A DNA stretch of 63,970 nt, filler included, from Bipalium vagum (lineage: Eukaryota): NCBI GenBank assembly GCA_037834085.1. It is 3 parts of 3 records of this genome, joined end to end, with 100 filler letters (N's around TTAATTAATTAA, not from the genome) between each part and the next. Parts side by side here need not be neighbours in the genome. Positions count along the whole stretch, not along the records: positions 23,447 to 48,253 come from JBBMKC010198609.1; positions 48,354 to 63,970 come from JBBMKC010155710.1; 1 more part is not named here. One strand, given 5' to 3'. Below, one piece after another: positions 40,711 through 53,519 of this stretch (position 1 is its first letter; each line of letters begins with the position of its first letter). A model generated the notes under the pieces. The model worked only from the letters and a program-made list of their open reading frames with translations. It searched no databases and was not told the origin of the DNA. The position numbers and the translations under genes were made by a program.

Positions 40711-43700
40711 CTATGTCATTAATAATTAATAATTAAAAGATATTATAAGGATATCACTAATTCTATGTTCAATTTAATGAAAATATTGAAATGGTTGCTA
40801 GATGATTGAAATCAATTAGTTAGACTTTAGGTATTGTTTATTCATTTCTAGTTGTTATATATAAAAAAAGTGAAACTATCTTGAAATTTTTATATAATAT
40901 ATTCATTTTAATTTTGCACTAAACCTGTAATATTAATTCTTAATTTTACCAAAATGAGTTTTTGATAAAAATAGAAAAATAATTTTAATTTTATTAGATA
41001 TACTTAAGTCATTTTATATGGTTATTGTTATCCCCATTAGTTGTTAATGTTACAAAGATGAGCACAAATATTACAAATATATGAACATCATTATAACATA
41101 AAAAATGCTCTATTAAAAATATATCATTTTCAAAAATTAAATATTAAAAAACTTACAAAACTTTTTTTGTAAAATTTACCTTAGTTTCAATTTTAAAATT
41201 TAATCTTCTTCAGTTATTCTTATTATACAATATTTTCTTTAATAACCTTATTACGGATATAGATTTATTAACTTTTAATCTAATTATTTTTCTCAATGTA
41301 TTCTAATTTCGTATAATTATTATTTGAAACATTTTAAAAAATAATTTTTATATTTAAGTTTAGAATTGAATAGATTCCATCAATACACATCTTTTAAAAA
41401 TTGTAGATTCTTTAAAAAGTAGTATATTTCTATCCTCAGTGTGTATTTTGGTCTTTTTCAATTAAAACTAGAACTTATAAATTTTATTGTGATTTAATGA
41501 TTTTTTATATTCAATATTCTATAGCATATTATTCTCATGTTCATTGTAATCGAAAACTAATTTTCTAATCCCGGACAGTTTTCTCATTATCACATTTAAT
41601 ATATACATTTCCATTTCTAAATTGACCTCTACTTGATTATTTGTAGAATTTTGCTTTATTAAAAGTACAAAGTTTGAAGTATTACTTAAATTTAATTTTT
41701 GTCAATATCTGCTCTTCATAGCATATAATAACAATAACAATAACAAAAATAATGATAATAATAATAAAATTGATTAACAAGTTAATTTCGTCCATAAGTG
41801 TAAGTTCAAAGAAAAATTATTCTTTCTAAGATCAAAATGAAAACCAAAGCTATACATTTTAATAATTTTGAAGAATTAAAAAATATATTATTTATTTGAG
41901 ACTTATTTGAATGATGTACCTATTTATAAGTTTTATTTAAAATGTACAATAATTACTTACACTTTGCATTGACCTTAACGTGTTGAAAGAAATATTTAAA
42001 TAAAAGAATAACAAAATTCAAAACTCTCATCTACAAAAACTTTGATAAAAATAATAAAAATTCTATTTTATAAAGTTATATCATAAGTTATAAAGTTTTG
42101 CAGTTGACGATTATGACAAGGTTTTGATTTACTGTAATTATTGTTATTTCGATAGATCTGAAACTTAATTCTATTTTCCGGATGAGAAAGTTTATTTTAA
42201 TAATTAGAGTTGTAATTATTAATAATGTTCATAGTTAAATGAAAAATTCATTAATTTCTCTTTGATATTTATTTTTCAATATATAAATTTAGTGAATTTT
42301 ATATGAGCAGTTATAACTTTATTCAGATTTCGGCCATTAATCTATTGTAAAAATTTAACAGAATTATTATAAGTTAAACAAACGGTAAATTTGATATTAA
42401 GTTATTTCTTATTTCTTTTAAGTAAAAGATTATATGTTGGATGCGGTTAATTAATTTTTTTATTTTTGAAAAATGTAATCAAGTTATTATAATTAATAAC
42501 AAAAAATACTAAATTTAAAATTCAAATTTTAGAACTTTATAAAAAGAACATTTGGAAAGATAGCAAAAGAAAAAATTGACTATTCGTTTTAGGGATTTCG
42601 AACTGAAAAAGAATCACAATAATTAATTATCTATTGATCAATCAAAATATGTGTAGCTGACTTACCATAAGGTTACTCTGAAGTGATTATTAAATAAAAA
42701 AATATTTGCACACCTTTATATTCCTCACACAGAACTATTTTAAGGAAATCATATAACCAAGTATACTTAATATTTTATAAACATATACAAACATCAAATT
42801 TATTTTCAATTTTTGATTTATACATATATACAGTACATTTTATTACAATTTTTTAAAATCTATAGGATCAAAGTAGGTATCCTAATATATGAATCAAATA
42901 CATTATAAAATAGTAAAACTATTGTTTTTCAAATAAATAATATTGATCCGTAATCAAAAATTCTTTAGCAAGTTTGTATTTTGAAAAATTTTAAGTTATT
43001 TTTTTCCAATAATTCAGAAAAAGAATTATAAATATATGGCTAATTGTTTGTTAAGACTTAACTATTTCATTAGAATTTCTAGAATTAACATTAAATATTT
43101 CTTACAATAATTTTTACATACATTTATAATACCGAACAAGGGTTTTACATTTTCATGATTAAAATTGAACATATTTGAATATATATTTCAAAAAAATAAA
43201 TTGTAAGATATACAGAAAAATATTATATTGACCTTTTTAATTTGTGAAAGCTAAATAAACAAAACTTTACGAAAATAAATTACAGTTTTGACGACTACTC
43301 GTAAATATTCTTAGATTTTTTTTAACACTTTCATAGTAGATTTTAAAATAATTCCTACATATTTTGGTTTTACTATTGTGATAAAACACATTAAATCTTA
43401 TAATCAGATTCTAAAATCAAATTCGAATAGAAATCGAAAATGAAAAAAAATAAAGAATGTCTTAATTATCAAATAAAAAAAAATCAAAATATGGCATGCA
43501 ACAGCCGACAAAACTAAAAATATTTAAATATGTGAAGACATTAAAAGAGAATCAATTCAAACTTAAAACATTAAATTAATTACAAAAAAATAATTATTAC
43601 AGAAAAACATTAATATATTACTCAAAATCTTACGATCATTGCATATGAAACATTAAAAGTGAATGGAATTGAAAATTATTAATTTAATTAACTTAAAAAT

Positions 43701-46700
43701 AATTCTTTTTCGAAATCTAAACAACTTTTTAAAAAAAAATAATTTTTCGAATATATAAAACCAAATTTGAATTTTTTACTTTAAATCTTTAGTGCTGTGT
43801 TTTGCAATTATTTATGTAAATATAAAATTTCAAGTAAAATGGAATACTATTAGTTGAATATGAAAATAAAAATAAAAGAAAAAAAACATGAAAAAAGACT
43901 GGAAATATAAATATTAGGAATATTTATAATAAAATTAAAAATCTTACATTTACAATTCTTATTAATTAATATTGCTAATTTGATATGATTATTATTATAT
44001 CTAATATTTCCACTATCAAGATTCCGTTTTTCTGATCTTTTGTCCACCAAAATATTATAACATTTAAATGTACAAAAAACAAACTAAAAGTAAAAGAAAA
44101 TCCGTAAAGGACTATGAAAACAAATATTTCATTTTAATTACAAAAAAGAACAACTAATTACAAAAAATTGTGACATTTGCTTTACCAAGTTTCATTAATT
44201 CAAATTCCCATCAAAATGAAAATTAATATTTATGGTTTAAAATTTTTTATTTAATCTAAACTTATGCTTTTTTCTTAATTTCTAAATTGTCAAGCAATTA
44301 TTATTAATTCTCCATCGTTTCAAAATTTGCCCAGATGTGTCCAATACATCACTAATTACGTATCTGTGTTAATTCAATTATATTATTGCTCAATACATTT
44401 CTTGTGAAGATGCGTTGAAAGAATGCGTTTATTTAATTAATAATTAACTGATTACTTTCATAATTATATTAAGTCTCAATAATTGTTCATTGTTTTACTA
44501 AAGAAATTTTCGCGTAATACTATTATGTAAAATAAAAATGTAACTAGTTTAAATTTATACATGTGTGGTGTACTAATTATCTTATAATAATTTTAATAAA
44601 TAAAAATGAGTAATTCATATTATTGTTCCTAACAATTTCCCTGAAATCGGCTCAATCTGAAAAACAGAAAACAGGTATTTTACCACATCAATTGAAACTT
44701 AATTCGAATTGCTCTTGTTTATGTCCATATAACTAAGCAAAAGGATTCCCAAAATGACCTTTAAAAACCGTACACTTAGAAAGTCAAGTCTTGATATAAT
44801 TTAAAGATTCTAGCAGAAATTTAAATGCAGAAACGTTGAGAGTTTATGCACTTAAGATTCTTATTTAAGAATAAAACTGAAGTAGAATCAGATTAGACTC
44901 TACTAGTAAAGATAACCCACAGTATGCAATTACTCAGACTATTACAAGGTTTAAGTTTTAAAATTCTACAATCGATGTAAACTTTAGTAAAGAAAATAGT
45001 TATATTAAATATTTCTTATTAATACAAAAAAAATAATTTTTATTTTATACACAGCTTTTGTAAAATGAAAGATTTTTAAAGATTGATAAAAAAAATAATT
45101 TTTAAAAAAGTATAATTAAAATATAGAAATTTTGACTTTAGAATTAGATTGACAACTTTCGACAACTGGATCCTAATATCTTTCATTGTAGAGATGTTTT
45201 AAAGAAAAAATAATGGTTAAAGATATTTAGTTAAAATTTGCGGATTCTTACTTAAATCACCTACTCATATAAAATTCAATAACAAATAAACCAGTTCTTG
45301 ATAAATCTTGCATGACAAAATTCATAAACTAAATTTCTTCACTAAAGCTTTTAAAGAATTTGTCTGATATATTTTCATGTTGGAACAATATATTGATTTT
45401 AATGAATTTCATTTATATTAATAAACTTTCCTTTGTTACGACAGCTGAAGTTTAGAAGTAAATCTATAACAAGTATAATTAAGTTTTTAAAAAAATATTT
45501 ATACAAAAATTTGATCATGGGAATTAAGTAATAATTTATAATTTTATCTCCTCTTTATTATGACAATTTAATTTTACAATTATATTTATGCCTATCTGAA
45601 TGTCTTATATTAGTAAGCTTATTAAAGCTTACATTGTATTTTAATAATTACAAATAAATAAATATTCCAATTTATAAACCTCTTTCAAAGTTAATTCAAT
45701 ATAGCAAGTGATATATCAATAATAATTTTATCTACATTAATTTTTATTTGAAGCATTCAAAAAGATTTTAATTGCTACATTAATGGAAATATTAATTGTA
45801 GGAATTGAAAAGAATTTTAATTGTAGTAATTTTTAATTTTATTTTTCTTATCTTAATTTAGCATGTTCTTAAAAATTATTTTCCAATTACTGAAAAATCT
45901 GAAAGAAAATAATAAAAATTCATATTGACAAATTGAATTGGAAACGATTATTCTATTATTCTTAAGGAAATAATAAATATATTATTATTCGATCACTTAC
46001 ATTCTGAGAAATAAAAAAAATAATAAATAATAATGAAATTAAGTGTAATTTACTTAAAAAACAATCATAAATCATTTTAATTTAATATTTTATGATTGTC
46101 TTAACAAGATCTGTAATTGTCGAAGCTTCATACAATTACTTGTATTTTGGTTAATTTTATCTTTAATAACCATCATTACATCAGCCATTTATAAATTCAA
46201 TAATAAAGAAATCATGATGACAAAATTAGGGGAAACTAAATTTCGAGACATTAAATAATCCATTCTGGATTTTTATCAATCTTAACTTTCTTTAAACATT
46301 TCTACAAATTTGATAATATATATTTCTATTGTTCATTATTTCAAAGTCATTATTCAATTATTTTTATTTCTTTATGATAATATAATGATATCTGTATTTT
46401 TAAAAAATCAATCTCAAATTACATTGAATCAAAATCGCAATCTTTTCATAAATAAGTATTCACCAGCTACCTGAAAAAAGTTAAAATGCATCTACAATAA
46501 TGGAGATTATTTAACAGAATAATTTTTAGTTTTATGTTGTAGATATATTTTTTATCAAATCTTTTAACATTAAAAATATGCACTTTTTCAATTTGTAGAC
46601 ATAATAATATAATATATCTATTCAAAATCAACAAAAATCCATTCTTATTTATTAATTTTACAACACGTGATTTCAGTAAATATTAAAACAAATATAGACT

Positions 46701-47591
46701 TACACAATGAGAAAAATGATCTTATAATTAATAATTTTTAACATATTAAATATTTTTTCTCATTTTCTACTTTTACTCCTTACATTTCTTATCGAATAAA
46801 ATTTTCAAATTCTCAAAATATTGATTCTATTTCTTTTCATGATTTTCTGTATTCTCGTTTTGTCATCTTAGTTTGTTGTCCTTCCCCGTGATTCTTAATA
46901 ATCTCCTTTCATCTCAACTGAATTGCGGCTTTATGTGCCTTTAATTATTGAGAGTATATGAAGAATTGTATCTTTGGTCTCTTGATTTTTTAAATTAATA
47001 TAAAAAAATGTCGTCAAGAAGAGAATCCTCATCTGAAATTACACTGTAATTGGGATGTAAAAAAATGTTTCATCTGAAATTTTTATTTTCATATTATCTT
47101 ATAATATTAAAAATGTCACATTGATATTAATAATTTTGATCCTTGTCAGTTTTAAATATATCTGATAAATAATGCTGAACTTTTTATAAATTCAAGAGAA
47201 AAACCAATCCAACATAATAAAAGTGAAATTTATACACCTTTAGAATTGCTAAATTAAAACCAGTAATATAATTTTATACAAAAAATAAACCAAAAATTAT
47301 TTCAACTGATGAAAGCTATTCATTAGTATAGATAAGAATAGTCAAAATTATTTTCAATAGTTTTTGTTAATTTATGAAATATTTATTAAATAAAAAAGAT
47401 CAATAATTATAAATATAAATACACTCCCATCCCCTCGTGTATATGATTTTTTCAAATTTTTCAATTAGATTTAAGTTATTATTTATAGTTCAATATTTGA
47501 GTCGATAATTCCTTTTGATATTTCATAGAAAAGGTTAATAACAAATATTTACAAAATCCTTCTAATAATTAAGTTCCAGGAAACAATAGAG

Positions 47592-48253
47592 CAGGGTTTC
47601 CCAACCTTTTTGGTATCGGGATCCCATTTTTGAACCAAACAAATGTTGGCGATCCCACTATATATAAAATACATTAACAATTAATTCTACTAATAATTTA
47701 TTATTAATAACAAAACGTTTATTCAATCACCAAATCTTAATGAGACTGTTGATATTGTAACTCATTGACTAGCTTTAAAATACCTGGCTGCGTTTCTGTT
47801 AATACCAATATCATTTCGGCATTATCATTAAGTCGGTTTCTTGCTTTGCTTTTCAATTGCAGAAGTGTTGAAAATCCACTCTTACATAGATATGTTGAAG
47901 CAAAGGGAAGTAAAATTCTAAACGCAATCATTGTGACTTTTTGATGAGTGATACATAGCACACCAGAACTTAGTTAGCAGATTTTCGTCATATAGGTGGC
48001 GAGCCACAGAATCGTTCCGAAAGTCCAAGAATTCATTTTGCACATCATCAGGAATACTGTATATATCAATGGAATCAGAAAATGGATATCGTACTAGTAA
48101 AGCTTCTTCCTTAGTCAACTCAGGGAAATAATACATTAGCTCATTTTCAAGAGATTGAAGGGGTTTTATGATCTCCTTTTTTAAATGGACATTGGTTTCG
48201 CATTTAAATTCTTCTATTATACTGGATAGTTTTTCAAACATTACCATGTTTCC
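47592..48253 (-). mobile_element. hAT (Buster/Charlie-type) transposon 3' end, cut by contig end
   Basis: TIR CAGGGTTTCCCAACC at 47592 is preceded by the 8-mer caaTAgag, matching the Buster NNNTANNN target. The frameshifted hATC dimerisation domain reads LLPFASTYLCKSGFSTL...KARNRL. Confidence 0.88.
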
Positions 48254-48353
48254 NNNNNNNNNNNNNNNNNNNNNNNNNNNNNNNNNNNNNNNNNNNNTTA
48301 ATTAATTAANNNNNNNNNNNNNNNNNNNNNNNNNNNNNNNNNNNNNNNNNNNN
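48254..48353. other. Synthetic contig-joining linker (N44-TTAATTAATTAA-N44)
   Basis: Same 100-bp construct as at 23347. Confidence 0.95.
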
Positions 48354-48390
<37 letters not shown>

Positions 48391-48430
48391 TATTATTATT
48401 ACTATTATTATTATTATTATTATTATTATT
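48354..48430. repeat. (ATT)n microsatellite at contig end
   Basis: Seen directly. Confidence 0.95.
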
Positions 48431-49111
48431 TTAATATTTTATTAAAATATATTAAATGATATTTATACAATTACGCTTATTATTAAAATAAAACAAAAAA
48501 TATTTGAAAGAATAATTTCAAGATAATTTATAAAAAATTTAGAGTTTCTAAAATATAACAATATAATATTTGCAATATTTATTTATGTGCCAGATATATT
48601 TAGGAGTAAATAATATTTATTTATTACCGAGTTATATGACATAACATTACACAATAGTTCAAAACAAGTAATATTTAATAAATAAGATGAAAGAATGATT
48701 AACGGTGCGATTTCAAATTATTAATTTTTCTCAATAAGAATAATCAAATCCGAAAAAAAAGAAATATAATTAACCAATCACATTTTGCCCTTTTTAAAAG
48801 TAATTAAAAACGATTGAACTTTGAGTTTAACAAAATTTTGTGGAGTTCGTATTTGGAGAATAATTGATTTTATTTATAAAAAGGTTTTAATTTTATCAGC
48901 CTTAAACCTTAATTTATTTCTAAATTTTATTAAATAAATGGAGATAAATAAATATATAAACAAGTTAAAATAATTAAATATCAATGCATCAAATCTTAAA
49001 CTTTTGGATCCATTAAGGCTTTGCCGTTCAATATTATTAATTAATCAATTGATTACATAATGCAAGAGAAACCTTGATTAGATAACTCTGAACTCACGCA
49101 TAACTAATTAA

Positions 49112-49144
<33 letters not shown>

Positions 49145-49477
49145 ATAAATAATAAATATAAAAATATGTAATGAAAATTATATAATTTCACAGTTTTATT
49201 TTCAAAAAAAATTATTTTTAATTTTATAAAACTATTTTTGAATAGTAAAAAATAAATATAATAAAATTATAATACGTGTATTAATATAATAAATTACATA
49301 TTGCTGATAATTAATATTTTTATTATTTTTTGGTTTAATTTGGTTAAAATTTATAATAAATAAAAATTTACAAATAAAAAATTAAGTCCCCGTTAAGATA
49401 AACATTTCCCAATAAAATATGTTTAATCATTCAACTTTTTACTGGGGTTCTTTTTTTATAAAAAAATAATACGTTAC

Positions 49478-50326
49478 CTTTTTATGAGGCAACAAAATAC
49501 CTATATAAAAAGGCAAGATGGCAATGATATCAATTAGGCTCATCACTGATTTTATGAATCTCCATCTATTTGGAGCTGCAAATAATCTCAGAAAATATTC
49601 CAATGTAAAAATTGCTACGCAACCAGTGTCAAGGTAGAAAAATGTTGTCTTAAACCTTTCTCCAATTAGAACTGGACGGTCGAGCTCCTCATTATATGAG
49701 TATGAAACAGTTTCTACCACATTGGCAAACACAGAAACTGCAATACAAAATCCCGTAATGTAATAAATAACGAGAGAAATAGTCGAAGAATCGGGATTTT
49801 CGAACACCTTCCACAGTTTTTGTCTTGATGTTAAGGTTTTGGAATCACTGTTGTTAACAAGGGATTTGTAAATTAAAACCTTTTCAGAATATTCTTTTCG
49901 AAAATTCTGATAATGTTCCAAGCAGCAGTCTTGAATGACATCGGAATTTATTCGGAAATATTCTAATTCTTCAGTAAAGGCCGCCACACATTCATATCGC
50001 GGAAAGTGCAGATGACCACAGCGATAATAAGATATGATATACCTGAATAATCTAGGATCTCTATCAAAGTAATACTCAAACGTCTTTTCGTTGTAAAAGT
50101 AATCTCTTTCACCAGATCCAAGTAAAGTTTCAGGATAGCGATTTAATGAACTCAATAAAATGTGGAATTTTTTCCCGCTGATATTTATAATGACTTTGGA
50201 ATGTTCCAGCAACCTTGACTTATCTGTTGACTTTGTTTCATTGAGCAAATAAGAAGAGCTACGCAATTCAATCCATCCCTCAGCTCCTGGTGTGGGTAAT
50301 GAAACCCATGGTCTCAGTTCATTCAT
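49478..50326 (-). CDS. Shal: Shal/Kv4-like voltage-gated K+ channel, first coding exon (T1 + S1-S3); 3'-partial
   Basis: The T1 domain reads INISG.KF...YPETLLGS.ERDYFY...YYFDRDP with the HX5CX20CC zinc motif. It is followed by LWKVFENP, YYITGFCIAVSVFANVVETV, LDTGCVAIFTLEYFLRLFAAP and SVMSLIDIIAILPFYIG. The exon ends at the donor AAG|GTAACG; S4 and pore exons were not found in the window. Confidence 0.9.
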
Positions 50327-50719
50327 TATAGTTTTTTGTACGTTTCAAATCTGACACAGTCCTTCACATAACAAATTGATATCATCACGCTATAAAGCAA
50401 CCGACGGAGCTGTATTGGCTTCTTAAAATGTAGATTCAATTAAAAAAAGATTGACCTTGATATTTAAATAATTGCTACAAAAAATGTGATTGTTTAAATG
50501 CACTTAAACTTTAATTATTATAAATAATTTTGACGTGTGAATCCTTTTTTCAAAGAGTGTATTTGTAATTACTTTTCAAGAATTAGTTCGCTGTCGTTTT
50601 TTTCAATGTAAATTCTTTTTATAATTAAGGAAAGATTTTTCAAGTTAAATAGAAAAATTAAAATAGAAATTGGGTCAGCTGAAGCAAATTCCGTTGTTTA
50701 ATAAAAATTAAACATGTGA

Positions 50720-51290
50720 AGAACTTAGAGTGAACATGTTTAAGACAATTTCATACCATTTATTTAAAATTCTCTTGTCTGGGAATAGAGAATCTTGAAT
50801 ATACAATGTTAGCAGAAGAAATTCTTTCCCACTAAGAAATGTTTCAAGGAATATAATAAGTGGTTTTCTAGCTGATTACAATAAATATGTTGCTATAAAA
50901 GATCTCGAAATTGGCGATATCTCCAGTTAACCCGAAGCACTTGCATTATTTTTTTTACAAATCTTTCGTCGAACACATAACTCTGGAGGAAGAATTTTTA
51001 TGATGATTGTCCGCCAACGTTCATTTCAGCCAATTAATATTGATGATGTTTGTGAAATGAGTGACTCACATACAATGAAATTGGTATGAAAGCAATGATG
51101 GTACGACCATCTGATGGTATTGAAACCTTCATTTGTTGGATTCCACACAATTTGGAATCTTCTAAAAAAGGATTTCGTGTTAAAAGATGACGAAAATGAT
51201 CCAGAAATTTAACAGAAGTCGTTCAAATTTAATTTATTACATCGTCATTGGTGATGAAAGTTGTAAGTGGAAAGTGTTCAAAACTTACTT
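50720..51290 (+). mobile_element. Decayed mariner remnant
   Basis: IVIGDES at ~51241-51262 (TGDETW-like), preceded by degraded transposase-like sequence. Confidence 0.4.
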
Positions 51291-53519
51291 ATAAATAGAT
51301 TAATTCCCATAATTTTTTTTAACTTAACGAATAAATAAAAAGTCATCTTTATTCAATTTTTCGGATAATGACAGATTTATTCAACAATGTTCGTCTACTA
51401 ATCTTCCATCATTGATGGACGAGTTGCTGTTGAAATGTATTTATTCAACTCCACTCAGGTCTATGATGGGTGATGATTTTTTATCTTCTGACCACGAGTT
51501 CCATTATCCGTCATTCATGGTCGGTCGACTTCTTTTTGAGAATAAATTGAGAATAAGTCCATTAGTGACTTTTTTGTAATTTTTACTGACCCCTCTTACA
51601 CAAAAGTAATATTTTTGTGAAAAAACTTCTAATAGATCGATTTATTCTTAATATTATAATGATTTTCTTTAATTCTTTAGTTCATAATTATCTTTTTTTG
51701 GGTGTCTTAAATATTAGTTTAATTTATTTTTTGTCAGATACTTTTTGTCAGCTTAATTGATAGTTTAACATATCCCTCTATAATTATTATCCTAAATTAT
51801 TTGATATTTATATAATATTTTGTCAAGTGACACTCTCAATAAATATCAAAATACTTATACATTCTTCCTCAACGTATTACGGAGTCAATCAAGGGCAGTT
51901 ATTGCATTATTAAAACTTTGGTCCATCTTTATAAAAAATGAAAAGTGTGTAAAACTATCAACAATAATAATCAAAATAGTGCAATAAAATCTTATTAATA
52001 ACATTATAATCACAATTTCCCAAAGTAATTATTTAATAACATTTAGTAAACAGAGGAAAATAATCTTGATACTCATCCGGATCATATATTGAAATGATTG
52101 AATAGAAATCGCCACAATAATTGCACCGGCTTTTGGAGACAACAATCATAAAATAATTCGATTGTTTAAAGTTTCGCGCGCTGAGTTTGAATAAAGTATT
52201 TCAAAATTGTAGGTTCTATAGATAGAAGAACAAGATTTGTGGCTCCAAGTCACAACCTGATGATAATAGGGTTACAAAAGTCTCTTCTTTCAATAAAAAC
52301 CCTGTCAAAATGGATCTTAAGATAATGGTTCATTTTAAGGAAACCTCGAAAATATCGAAAATTCATATTGGAAATATTAAATATATAACAAACCATGTTG
52401 CGCTAAGTGAATCTCTTCAAAATCTTAATTAATGTGTAACACTACACAGAACTTATAAAAGATTTATTAATTATGTTTCAATATTATAAAAATTGATTAT
52501 TAATATTATTAATATTAAATATAATAGTATTAATGATATTAATATCAACTTTCCTCATATCAGCAAAGGGTAATAACCTTTTACTAACTTTTATTTTTCT
52601 TATCTCAAGATATTTTAACATGACATTATTTTTCTTCTTTTATATCGACTATTTTAGAACTTAAAGAACGACTCGATTAATAAAAAATGATTAATGTATA
52701 GAAATCTATAATGTTTTAATAATACTATTATTCCTAAAAGCTAAATAATAACTCAAGAACCAATATTATAGATAGAAACCCTATAAAGTATGATTTTTTT
52801 CTTTGAATGAATACAATTTAACTATTCTTAATAGGATAAGCTTTCCAAATAACAATATTTTCTTCTTAGATATTAAGAGCATAGAAGATAATATTTTTGT
52901 GAAGAAATGCTGTTTTTAGCTGTTCACGTCATACTTTTAAAAGGGTACATATATTTTAGGTGATGGAAAGTTATATTACTCAATGCACCTATCAATTCTT
53001 CTAACAACAAACTTCATTCAGAAGATACTCCAAAATACTAGACTCTAGTAATTATAGACTAAATGTTATTTTACTTTTCGGTAATTAAATAATATAAATT
53101 TAAAATATCTTTCAGATTTTCAAAGTCTTTCTGACATTGAGAATTTTTCATTTGTTTTATTGTCTTCAGATAAGAATCGTAGCTGCTTTCAGTACTGGTA
53201 TGTTAACTTCATCACGGATATCATCCAAGTATATGTTTGATCATTAGGGCTTACCTGTACTTAACTCAAGAAGCTTACATTTTGATTTTATAAATATGTT
53301 ACATCAGAATTTCTTAACTTAACTCCTTTAAAATTGAGAAAATCAATTAAAATACCCTTTCATGCAATGTCATTAAGTCATTTAAGAAGCTATAAAATAT
53401 AAATGATAAATAATAAAATAAAGATGGTATCATTAATAAAAGTCAAGTTTATTAATAATATCAAACAGCTTTTAGGAGTGAAGATGACTAGAGAACAAGT
53501 AGGGAGTTTTAAGGAAATA

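Noticed and set aside
47306-47350. CTGATGA-aa-gctattc...gaatagt-caaaa hammerhead-like motif
   Set aside because: A stem II is present, but GAAA is missing and no stem I complement exists.
40711-47580. Search for upstream CSRNP exons or Kv pore exons
   Set aside because: No convincing exon was seen by eye; the region is AT-rich, intron-like DNA. A small exon could have been missed.
49439-50326. Pore-less truncated Kv channel as a novel protein
   Set aside because: The ORF runs past a canonical donor at 49477, and the contig ends about 1.1 kb later; the remaining exons are probably on another contig.
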